From Ktedonobacteraceae bacterium (GTDB lineage: Bacteria > Chloroflexota > Ktedonobacteria > Ktedonobacterales > Ktedonobacteraceae), in NCBI GenBank assembly GCA_013695595.1, contig JACDAE010000804.1, positions 2,764 to 66,763 on the forward strand: a stretch of 64,000 nt of DNA, written 5' to 3'. The notes below the pieces were generated by a model. It was not told the DNA's origin and did not search any database. It saw only the letters and a list, made by a program, of their open reading frames with translations. Both the position numbers and the translations under genes were made by a program. Each line of letters starts with the position of its first letter. Position 1 is the stretch's first letter. This document shows positions 26,516-34,675 of the stretch, in pieces.

Positions 26516-28330
26516 ATGCCAAGAAGACGAAGGTATTCTGCACGTAGGGGACGGGGCTACGATGATTACGTCGACTATGGTTCTTATCGTTCTCGTCGAC
26601 GACAGCGACGACGTGGTGGGTGCCTGGCGCCTATACAACGCTTTTTCAGGAATGTAGCGATCCTACTACTTCTTGTGATTGGGATCCTTGCCTTTTTCGG
26701 TTTGACTTTACTCATTGTATTCAACTTTCGCATCTTTCTTCAGATCCTCCACTACGCAGGCTATGTGATTGCTGTCCTGGCCGTGTTGGGGATTTTATAT
26801 CTGATCGTGCGCATTATCGTTGCAATCTCGCAGTGGGTCTCTGCCGCTAGTCTTGCCAGGTCAAAAGCGAAAATAGAGCGTGAACGGGTGCGCCTTGAAA
26901 AAGAACGGGTGCAGCAGGCACGGGTACATGTGCAGATGGAACGTGAACGTGTAAGACAGGCACATGTGCAGGTCCAACGGGGGAACGTCCAGATACGTTC
27001 CCAGGAAGCCAAAATTGATCGAGACAACTACGCTTTTTATCAGAAGTACCAGCAGCCTGAATCTCATCCAAGTCCATATCAAACCAGAAATTTGCGAGAG
27101 AGAGAATATCAGGAGCCGTTGGTCCGCGTTTTACCAGCTCTTTCATCAGCACCAGTCGATCCGGAACCGCCAGAGCCTGAGGTGTCTGAGTTAGAGCAGA
27201 TGGGCATGCCAGCAAAAGGACAGATATTCCACTATAAACGCTATAAAAAATACCTCAAGTCAGGGCAACTCTTTATTGGGGTGCGCAAAAACGGATCGCC
27301 CCGGATTGGCGATTGGCAAGATTATAAAATCACGCTCATTTTAGGATCTTCTTCGAGCGGCAAAAGCACGACTGTCCTGGAAAAATGTGTCGGTCATGTG
27401 CAAAATGCTGGATTACTGGTTGTTTGCGATCCTGGAGGCTTTAAACCAGATTCGATTACGCAACGTATGGGGGCACTTGCCGATGCACTCATGCCAGGAA
27501 CAAGCGTGGCGCTTGAGCACGAAGATATTATGCAGAATCTCGAACGATTTCGCGTGGAGTTGGAGCGTCGGCGACGCGGGGCCGATATGACCACTCCAAT
27601 TTTGCTCATCATCGATGAGTTGAATGGTCTTTTAATGGATAAAGACATTAAAAAAGACCTGACAGAATTGCTAGAAAAATTTGCGCAACAGGCCAGAGGA
27701 TATAATATGTACATGATCCTGTGTGCCCAGCGTGCTTCTGGCCTCGCCACCATTCGGAACTCAGTCATCAGTTTCATTTGTCATAAATGTCCGGAGATGG
27801 AGGCTTCCAAGATCCTTCCAGCCCGTTATGCCAAACTTGCCCCCGAGCTGGGTGTTGGGCAGTCGTTTGTCAGCGATGCGAATGGATACATCGAACCGCT
27901 CCAACAGATTTATATTACTGCTGAAGATATCGCTGCGAGTGTTGGTGGTACGCAACATCCTCCTGCAACTCTTCATAGTCATCCAACAGAACCCCTTGTG
28001 CGTAACTATGGCGCACCACAATATAGGCAGGCAACGCCGTCGCAAAAACTGGTGCTGCGACGAACGCAACTCATTCAGCACAATCCCTCCCCCCTCTCCG
28101 TGGAACCTCGCCCATCCGTTTCACGATCAGCCACATGGGGAGAGTCCGCAGAGAGTGTACCTGTCCCTCGTCAACCTTCAAAGCCAATACAAAACGTTGG
28201 ATCGCTCGATACTGAGGAACTAGCCCCGCGATCAACTGCTGCTTCAAAGCAATCCAAGCAACTCTCATCCGAGCCACTTAATCCATTTGATGCACTGGCA
28301 GCGCTGCGCGATCAACAGAAGAGAAAGTAA
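26516..28330 (+). CDS. FtsK/SpoIIIE-family DNA translocase (TraB-like)
   Basis: Arg-rich N-terminus, TM segments, Walker A GSSSSGKST, Walker B LLIIDELN. Confidence 0.8.
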   Translation: MPRRRRYSARRGRGYDDYVDYGSYRSRRRQRRRGGCLAPIQRFFRNVAILLLLVIGILAFFGLTLLIVFNFRIFLQILHYAGYVIAVLAVLGILYLIVRIIVAISQWVSAASLARSKAKIERERVRLEKERVQQARVHVQMERERVRQAHVQVQRGNVQIRSQEAKIDRDNYAFYQKYQQPESHPSPYQTRNLREREYQEPLVRVLPALSSAPVDPEPPEPEVSELEQMGMPAKGQIFHYKRYKKYLKSGQLFIGVRKNGSPRIGDWQDYKITLILGSSSSGKSTTVLEKCVGHVQNAGLLVVCDPGGFKPDSITQRMGALADALMPGTSVALEHEDIMQNLERFRVELERRRRGADMTTPILLIIDELNGLLMDKDIKKDLTELLEKFAQQARGYNMYMILCAQRASGLATIRNSVISFICHKCPEMEASKILPARYAKLAPELGVGQSFVSDANGYIEPLQQIYITAEDIAASVGGTQHPPATLHSHPTEPLVRNYGAPQYRQATPSQKLVLRRTQLIQHNPSPLSVEPRPSVSRSATWGESAESVPVPRQPSKPIQNVGSLDTEELAPRSTAASKQSKQLSSEPLNPFDALAALRDQQKRK

Positions 28331-28352
28331 TGTTCAAAAAATATTCCAAGGA
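28293..28352 (+). repeat. 60-bp direct repeat, copy A (3' end of ftsK-like gene)
   Basis: 58/60 identical to 29084-29143. Confidence 0.85.
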
Positions 28353-28477
28353 GATGCTTAAAAATTGGTCATCGGAAAATTAACAAGAAACGAAAAGTTG
28401 TCTCACAGAAGTGTTTCCTGTGAGCTGTATGTGCTTAAATCACAGTGTTTCGCACTCTGGCTGTTGGTGAGTATGGC

Positions 28478-28723
28478 ATGAAACAGCAAGTGATGATTAT
28501 TGCCGAGCGCCTGCGTACTTTTCGCGAAGCTGCACGCATGACGCCAACCGAGGTTGCACGTAAGGCGCAACTGAAGACAGAGTACATTCTCCGCGTTGAG
28601 CAAGGACGCGATCCCAATCTTACCGTGCCTGCATTTCTTAAATGGTGTCAGGCACTTGAAGTGGATCCCGCACAAATCATGGCGTGTGTGCATTTAGAAG
28701 ATGCGCAGAGGAAGCGTCGATGA
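28478..28723 (+). CDS. XRE-family HTH protein inside the duplicated-flank insert
   Basis: IIAERLRTFREAARMTPTEVARKAQLKTEYILRVEQG. Confidence 0.7.
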   Translation: MKQQVMIIAERLRTFREAARMTPTEVARKAQLKTEYILRVEQGRDPNLTVPAFLKWCQALEVDPAQIMACVHLEDAQRKRR

Positions 28724-29083
28724 TAATGAAACGCTGGACCGGTTCTTTGTCCGTCAGGAGACCGAATGTGGGGATATGGCAAGGATGTGGCTCTGCTCGT
28801 AAATATACGAGCACCCGTAGCGAGACCTGTGCCCGCGAGATCGCTGCAGACTAGTGTACGGAATTGGGGTTTGCGCATTATGACTTCCGGCAGATGGTGA
28901 AAAACGTGCTTGGCCGATTTCGGGTGGTCACGGTTTATGCAGAGACAGGGGAGCCTTGTGGAGAGTAGATTATTGGCTGTTTAGCAAAAGAGAGGAAATC
29001 ATAAAGGCCCGTCGGTGCGAAAACGTTGAAAAGAGTCGGGTAAGAGGCCGAGTCCTGATTGCTCAGGAGCACACCAATAGGCC

Positions 29084-29143
29084 CACTGGCAGCGTTGCGT
29101 GATCAACAGAAGAGAAAGTAATGTTCAAAAAATATTCCAAGGA
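29084..29143 (+). repeat. 60-bp direct repeat, copy B
   Basis: Copy of 28293-28352 including the ftsK-like stop codon region. Confidence 0.85.
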
Positions 29144-29150
29144 ATATTTT
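29127..29150. promoter_or_regulatory. perfect palindrome AAAATATTCC-AA-GGAATATTTT upstream of ParB-like gene
   Basis: 10-bp perfect arms; same motif as 20996/21025. Confidence 0.6.
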
Positions 29151-29175
29151 CCCTATTAGGAAAGGAGAAGAAACT

Positions 29176-29949
29176 ATGGCATACGAAGAAAAACATCTCT
29201 TGCTCAGTCTCCATGATCTCATCTCATTAAAAGATGCCCATATCCCAGCTGGTGCTTTCGCGATGCGACCCCTGGATCAAACGCATATCGAGCAACTAGT
29301 TGAGAGCGATTCAGAGTCCTGGCCAGAAATAGAGACAACGCTGTCTACGCAAGGCTATATAGTCATAGACGGCTACCATCGCTGGGAAGCTGCCAAGATC
29401 AAGCAACTTGAGCATATTAAGGCGATCCGCCGAACCTATGCCTCAGAGCAGGAGATTATTGAAGCGGCGTTTCAAGCAAACCTGAAGCACGGATTGAAAG
29501 CCAGTATCCAAGCAAGAGGAGATTACGCGTACTGGCTCCATCTCTCTTTTCCAGCTATCGATCAGGTAGAGATCGCACGGCGGGTTGGGATGACTCAGGG
29601 TGGCGTCAGCAAAGCAATCAAAAAGCGAGAAGAACTAGCAAAACACGTGGAGCAACACGAAGGAAAGGTTGATGAACAAGAGCGGCAGCGCGTCATGCAG
29701 CAGTCTTGCAAACATTTCGCAAGAGGAGCAATCCGCTTCCTGGATGAAGTAAAAGCTTTGAGTGATGAGGAATTATTGCAAATATTCCAAGAAATCGTTA
29801 AAAAGGAGGAGAAAATAAAGCTTATTCGTGTTGCAAGACTACTGAGCGGCAATCCTCCGATGCAAATGACTGGCCCACTTCGCCTTCGTCAGTTTGCAAG
29901 CAGCAATTCCAATCAGGATCCTCTTCAGCATTGGACTTCGGAGCAGTGA
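29176..29949 (+). CDS. ParB/Srx N-terminal-domain protein with HTH
   Basis: YIVIDGYHRWEAAKI motif; VEIARRVGMTQGGVSKAI HTH-like. Confidence 0.65.
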   Translation: MAYEEKHLLLSLHDLISLKDAHIPAGAFAMRPLDQTHIEQLVESDSESWPEIETTLSTQGYIVIDGYHRWEAAKIKQLEHIKAIRRTYASEQEIIEAAFQANLKHGLKASIQARGDYAYWLHLSFPAIDQVEIARRVGMTQGGVSKAIKKREELAKHVEQHEGKVDEQERQRVMQQSCKHFARGAIRFLDEVKALSDEELLQIFQEIVKKEEKIKLIRVARLLSGNPPMQMTGPLRLRQFASSNSNQDPLQHWTSEQ

Positions 29950-30312
29950 AGAAAAATATGGAGAAGTTGGCCTCAGACCTGCATGTGCATATAGACCCAG
30001 GGCCGAGATACGGCCAAAAATAGGACAGAGGGATAAAATACAGTAGAGGGAATTAAGAGTATTTCAAACACGAAGAACATGGATGCTGCCACTCACTAAC
30101 CTTAGCGAACTAAAAGCTCGTCAAAATAGGACTCTCTTGTTTGCAAGCACTCTCAAGATCGAGGCTTTGCAAGGTTGGCTAGGGTTCCAGCATTCAAGAG
30201 AGTGCCAGCAAAGAAACGGAAAATATTGTTACTACCCTTTTTAACTGTTATCCTTCTGTCCTATTTTTGGCCGTATCTCGGTCCTGGGTCAATGATGGCT
30301 CATAACAAGGTG

Positions 30313-31560
30313 TTAAATAGCGGCGATGACGCGCTGAGTGACCCATGTAGCCATCGGGGGCGGGACCATGTGCCCACATTGCCGTATCAGCTCCTCTTTC
30401 GTGTCCGCCGCAATAATGTAGTTGGCAGGCAACCCACTTCCCCCGCGAACTTCGCTCTCGTTGAGCATCCGAAAGCTGCACTCCTGGATGTCTAGGGAGC
30501 CAGAGCGCGGGGGAAAGACGATCCCGCAACGGGCAACTGTGGAGAACGTACAAAACGGTTCAAAAATGCTGTATGGTTTGCCATTGCTATAATACGTAAC
30601 CCAGAATGGCAGCGGTCCCTCCAGGGAAGGAATGCCCTGAGCGCTGGCCGGGGGAACCTGCTGATGCTTTACAAAGCGGTCGATACCGAGCTCGATGCGC
30701 TGCAGCGTCGTGTCCTCCAGTACAGGGAGTCCGTAATCTTGACGATCTCGTATCCTGATGCCGCGATCCGCATAGTCGATGACCGCTGCGGCTGCCCTAT
30801 AAGGAGGAAAGACGCGCCTGGAACAGTACGGGCAATTATAAGTATATTGCCCTTTACCGGTGTAGTCGTACTTGCCCCACTTCTTTGTAGGGTTCTTAAA
30901 GCACTGCACTGCTCGTACCTCGCGTTCGCAATACGCGCAGATCACCAGTGGCCGAAACTCCAGGTCTGGCCGTTTTGCTCCTTTACGCCAGAAGATTCCG
31001 ATCCATCTATCGCGCCGCTGGCATACGTCGAAGAACATCGCGCACAGATAGAGTTCCTGACACTCATAGCCCAGCGCCTGCATCTTCTTTTTCCAATCCT
31101 TGTAGTCTCCCCATTTGCTGGCAACTTCCGTGACATTCTCAAAGATCATGCTATGGTAGGGTGTTCCCTTTTCGACTTTTGCCGCCGCCGCACGATAGAC
31201 CTGCCACATCGACATGCGTGATTGTTCGACGTGTGGCTTATCATCATGGTCCGTCCACATCGCCAACTGGCCCTGACCGTTCAACTTCTCTCCTGCGGCA
31301 GGGGTCTGGAACCGACATTCAGGACTCCCTGTGCCGAGCAGAGAGTCACATTCTTGTACAAAATCCACGTCCTCCATACGCATACACAGATGCTTCGCAC
31401 GCGGGAAGTTCTGGCGATGGGTCTCAATAGAGCGGGGATCGTGATTGACGGCCAGGTTCAATACTGCTCCCCCGTGTTCAACGCCAGAGCCAAACGCGCC
31501 AGCACCACAGAAGAAGTCAGTTGCCGTCAAATCCTGATCCCAATAGAAATGCGTAGCCAT
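30313..31560 (-). CDS. DNA (cytosine-5)-methyltransferase
   Basis: Motif I DFFCGAGAFG, IV GSPECRF (PC variant), VI FENV, VIII QRRDR, X GHMVPPP. Confidence 0.8.
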   Translation of the reverse strand: MATHFYWDQDLTATDFFCGAGAFGSGVEHGGAVLNLAVNHDPRSIETHRQNFPRAKHLCMRMEDVDFVQECDSLLGTGSPECRFQTPAAGEKLNGQGQLAMWTDHDDKPHVEQSRMSMWQVYRAAAAKVEKGTPYHSMIFENVTEVASKWGDYKDWKKKMQALGYECQELYLCAMFFDVCQRRDRWIGIFWRKGAKRPDLEFRPLVICAYCEREVRAVQCFKNPTKKWGKYDYTGKGQYTYNCPYCSRRVFPPYRAAAAVIDYADRGIRIRDRQDYGLPVLEDTTLQRIELGIDRFVKHQQVPPASAQGIPSLEGPLPFWVTYYSNGKPYSIFEPFCTFSTVARCGIVFPPRSGSLDIQECSFRMLNESEVRGGSGLPANYIIAADTKEELIRQCGHMVPPPMATWVTQRVIAAI

Positions 31561-31573
31561 TTTATGTTCCTCA

Positions 31574-31597
31574 TATACCTATACCTATAGGTATATC
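31574..31597. repeat. R-repeat 10
   Basis: ATATACCTATACCTATAGGTATAT. Confidence 0.65.
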
Positions 31598-31644
31598 TTT
31601 TGACGATAGCAACGGGTAGTATCGTTATAAAGTTGTCGTTTACA

Positions 31645-31668
31645 ATACAAAAACGCGCGTTTTTGTAT
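31645..31668. promoter_or_regulatory. S-site 8: perfect 24-bp palindrome
   Basis: ATACAAAAACGC|GCGTTTTTGTAT upstream of methyltransferase. Confidence 0.7.
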
Positions 31669-31688
31669 GAGAGATTAGGACATCTTTC

Positions 31689-32135
31689 CTAGTCTTCTTC
31701 GTCATCATATGGCTGTGAGCGCGAAGTCAGCTTATCTGGCTCTCCCCGCAATCTACGCTCCAATGCACCAACCGCGTCAGCGACCCTTCCCGAGCATCCA
31801 TACACAACGTACTTACGCCACACCTCTTCTCCAGGTCCGATCACCTCTACATTACTCGCCGCCCAATACGAGACACGCGGCCAACTCAGGGCTTCAGCAA
31901 GATGGATCATACGCTGGCGTAGTCGTTCTTCCACCTGGCTGATGACCTCCACAGGGTGACGCTGCAAGCCCGTCTTCCCGTCGATACAGCCGTGGATTAA
32001 CGGATTGAGTCGCCGATGCAGTGCGAGCATCACCAGCCCTATCGTTCCATCTGATGCTTCCTCCAGAAAGGTCTGCCACACTGCGTCGCCCTCACCAATC
32101 TCGACCGCCATTTTATGTGACACTTTTTGATGCAT
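31689..32135 (-). CDS. hypothetical protein
   Basis: 148-aa ORF. Confidence 0.45.
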   Translation of the reverse strand: MHQKVSHKMAVEIGEGDAVWQTFLEEASDGTIGLVMLALHRRLNPLIHGCIDGKTGLQRHPVEVISQVEERLRQRMIHLAEALSWPRVSYWAASNVEVIGPGEEVWRKYVVYGCSGRVADAVGALERRLRGEPDKLTSRSQPYDDEED

Positions 32136-32294
32136 TTTCTGAGCGCCCGATTATGCTCAATGTTTCTCTGTAGGAATGAGAAGAAGGCCTCGCCATTTTA
32201 TGTGGCATAAGGCAAAAAGCCTGGTTCCTGATGGAAAGCCAACTCACAGAGAAGTGCGCCATTTGCTACTGGCAGAAATCCGCCAGTAATCAAG

Positions 32295-32759
32295 TCAAAG
32301 GACAGCAATGCACGCATTACAGATTTCTACACAGGTATTGCAAATAAAAAGACTGTTCAACATAGCGATCAATCGTGCGACCTGCTCCTGCTCTTTCCCA
32401 CAACACGAACAGTGATAGGTCGTTCGCGTGGAGAACCGCGAGGCGTGCGTTGACCCCGGTGGTGCAGCACCTGGCGCAACACCGTCTTCACGCAGAATTT
32501 CATTACAAATGTTTATGCACCCATCACAGAGCAGCCTCCCTTGGCCAAGATCCAAGAACACCTGGACCTTTTCCGGCGACCAGCCGCAACAGGAGCAGCG
32601 TGGTTCTTGTTTCTGCTCTGGCTCTGATTGAAGCGGAGGAGCTATCGGTCCTTGCCGCTCTCCCGGAGATCCGTGCGGCTGCTTTTCTAAAACCATCTCC
32701 TCGTCAGGTCGACGTTTGCGGCGCTCCTGGAGGAAATCGACGGGCTCGACGTTACTCAT
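32295..32759 (-). CDS. protein with two ClpX-type C4 zinc-finger domains, no AAA module
   Basis: CSCCGWSPEKV...LLCDGCINICNEIL and CSCCGKEQEQV...FICNTCVEICNACI; ATGA overlap with upstream gene. Confidence 0.65.
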   Translation of the reverse strand: MSNVEPVDFLQERRKRRPDEEMVLEKQPHGSPGERQGPIAPPLQSEPEQKQEPRCSCCGWSPEKVQVFLDLGQGRLLCDGCINICNEILREDGVAPGAAPPGSTHASRFSTRTTYHCSCCGKEQEQVARLIAMLNSLFICNTCVEICNACIAVL

Positions 32760-33067
32760 TCTGATCCCTGCTGCATTGCTTTCCAATCTTCTCGTAGTAG
32801 ATCGACCCTTGTACGTGTATAACTCACAAAAACATGTACATATGCCGATAATGTTTCTGCTGTTGCTTCACGAGCGTACAAGGCTACATCAGTGACTACG
32901 ACACTGATAAACTCTCCCTTCGAGATATCACCATCCTGCAGTATGATCGTGTCGCCTCTCTGCGGAACGCCAGGCAACGCTACGATCACGCTATCTTCTG
33001 GACGGGTCTGCCCATCCTCATCAATGACTTCAACAGGAATAAACTCGCCAAATGGTCGCTGGATCAT
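32756..33067 (-). CDS. hypothetical protein
   Basis: 103-aa ORF with GAGGAA SD. Confidence 0.5.
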   Translation of the reverse strand: MIQRPFGEFIPVEVIDEDGQTRPEDSVIVALPGVPQRGDTIILQDGDISKGEFISVVVTDVALYAREATAETLSAYVHVFVSYTRTRVDLLREDWKAMQQGSE

Positions 33068-33168
33068 CTGTCTTTCCTCATTTGTTTCAACCCTCAGCCT
33101 CTTGTTATAGAAGCTGCAACTGTTAGTGAAAACAATCGTTTTCCACTAAATATCCATAATGTGTACTC

Positions 33169-33525
33169 TTACGTGACATGAATAACATGATGCGGCAATG
33201 CTTGGGCCTTCATGAGCACCAGACGAAGATATTTACTCGCATTTTCTTCACCTGTTTCTGGCTCACCTAATACTTCAAGGGCATGCTGGAGGAGTGGTAT
33301 CGCCTGCTGTCCTGTTTTGAAATCTAACAGGCAGATCCCTTGCTCGCCAAAGACATCAACCCGCCGAAACACCTGGTGATACCTATAGGTAATACTCATT
33401 TCCTCATCTGCTGGTTGTGTATACGTAATCGCATCAGTAGTGAATATAATAGTTCCTGATTGGTGAAACTTGATATCATAACCCATAGGTCTCTTCTTTC
33501 CCACAACCAAATCATTCCTGACCAT
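33169..33525 (-). CDS. hypothetical protein
   Basis: 118-aa ORF downstream of S-site 9. Confidence 0.45.
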   Translation of the reverse strand: MVRNDLVVGKKRPMGYDIKFHQSGTIIFTTDAITYTQPADEEMSITYRYHQVFRRVDVFGEQGICLLDFKTGQQAIPLLQHALEVLGEPETGEENASKYLRLVLMKAQALPHHVIHVT

Positions 33526-33550
33526 ATAACTACTTTTAAAAGCATACAGT

Positions 33551-33572
33551 GTAGAAACGTGCGTTTCTGTAC
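33551..33572. promoter_or_regulatory. S-site 9
   Basis: GTAGAAACGTGCGTTTCTGTAC. Confidence 0.6.
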
Positions 33573-33595
33573 TGCCACTCTTTCGTATAATTGGT

Positions 33596-33745
33596 TGTCT
33601 CTTACCCTATATACCCCCAATGGGGGGCCATAGGGGAGAAAGAACCTATGGCTATACTCCCAGCAAGCACCCGTAAGGGATAAAAGAACAACATATCTCC
33701 CCACTGGGGAGAGCAAAGGGGGAGGTTTCTCCCTCAACTGCTCTC
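33596..33745 (+). other. G/C-hairpin element A (candidate leader RNA or protein-binding repeat)
   Basis: CCCCCAATGGGGGG (33614) and TCTCCCCACTGGGGAGA (33696); GGGGAGAGCAAAGGGGGAG shared with locus B. Confidence 0.45.
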
Positions 33746-33901
33746 AGCTTAGCCCAACTCTTCTTCATCCTCTTCTGGGCCTCGACGATACAGATTATAC
33801 ATGAGCTATTCACCTCCTTTGATCCATAATATGCTTGTTCCACAACTAAATCAGCGGCTGATCACCTCTTCTATACACATATTACTTCATATCTAGCACA
33901 C

Positions 33902-33925
33902 GTAACAGCCACCAGCGGCCATTTG
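33902..33925. promoter_or_regulatory. M-site 1 (AATGGCCGCTAGCGGCCATT family, degenerate left arm)
   Basis: GTAACAGCCACCAGCGGCCATTTG. Confidence 0.45.
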
Positions 33926-34020
33926 AACATTATTATCTGGCCTTTAGCTTGTTCCAGTAGAAAGAAGAAGGTAGCCAATGCTTAAATTCTCTTTATTCCT
34001 ATAAGCCAGCACAATTTTGC

Positions 34021-34042
34021 AAATGGCCGCTAGTGGGCATTT
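34021..34042. promoter_or_regulatory. M-site 2
   Basis: AAATGGCCGCTAGTGGGCATTT. Confidence 0.55.
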
Positions 34043-34158
34043 GATGAGGAAGGATGTCTGTTATACTCATATCAACAGACTAGTCGATGCAAAAAGCAGA
34101 TGCATGAGTGTAATAGTTCCTATACCCGAAAAATTATATAATAAGGAGGCAAGTAAAA

Positions 34159-34458
34159 ATGACAACAATGACTGGAGTCAAATCCCAAATGATAGAGGTG
34201 CGTACACCAAAGCTGTTTCCAACGCATACTGTTCGCGAGGTATTGGTAGTTGAGAAATGGCATGTGCAAGAGGGCGAAATTCTTCAGCCAGACCAGCTTA
34301 TGGTCTCGCTAGAGACTCCTCCAGGGTTCTTCGATATTCCTGCGCCACCTGAAGTGGCCATGCCACATCGCGTTGTACGTCTTTATATACCCGATGGTGG
34401 AGAAATCAGGCTCAATGATCTGCTCATCACCCTAGAACCCGTTGATGAAAGCGACTAG
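34159..34458 (+). CDS. biotin/lipoyl-attachment-like domain protein lacking the modifiable Lys
   Basis: VEKWHVQEGEILQPDQLMVSLETPPGFFDIPAP resembles lipoyl hairpin but ETPPG replaces E-x-x-K. Confidence 0.4.
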   Translation: MTTMTGVKSQMIEVRTPKLFPTHTVREVLVVEKWHVQEGEILQPDQLMVSLETPPGFFDIPAPPEVAMPHRVVRLYIPDGGEIRLNDLLITLEPVDESD

Positions 34459-34590
34459 CCTCACATATCTTTCAACCAAGGTAAAAAAATCCTTATGGAG
34501 TTTTTCTAACCGTTGTTATAGCCTTAACAAGCACAAACTTATGCTTACTTACGAACTGATCGAGACACGGCATAAGAAGTCAAAGTAAGC

Positions 34591-34628
34591 AAAAAGCATC
34601 CTAGTCTTATTGTCTAGGATGCTTTTTT
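34591..34628. terminator. bidirectional rho-independent terminator
   Basis: AAAAAGCATCCTAG-loop-CTAGGATGCTTTTTT between convergent genes. Confidence 0.75.
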
Positions 34629-34675
34629 ATCACCTAGGAGCCAGTTTCTACAAAGGAGGCCAACTGCATCTACAC

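Noticed and set aside
26870-27000. Repetitive DNA inside the translocase gene as a tandem-repeat element
   Set aside because: It encodes an in-frame ERERVR/QVQ coiled-coil repeat of the protein, so it is a coding low-complexity region rather than a separate feature.
28719-28853. 44-aa ORF overlapping the XRE stop (ATGA) as a toxin partner
   Set aside because: It has no recognisable toxin motif. The downstream sequence looks degenerate and shows frame breaks. Evidence for a TA pair is insufficient.
33396-33843. ORFs 33396..33737(-) and 33652..33843(-); likewise 49621..49929(+) and 49645..50025(-)
   Set aside because: They run across the G/C-hairpin repeat elements. Their apparent peptide repeats (SPQWGN) simply mirror the DNA palindromes, and they have no SD.
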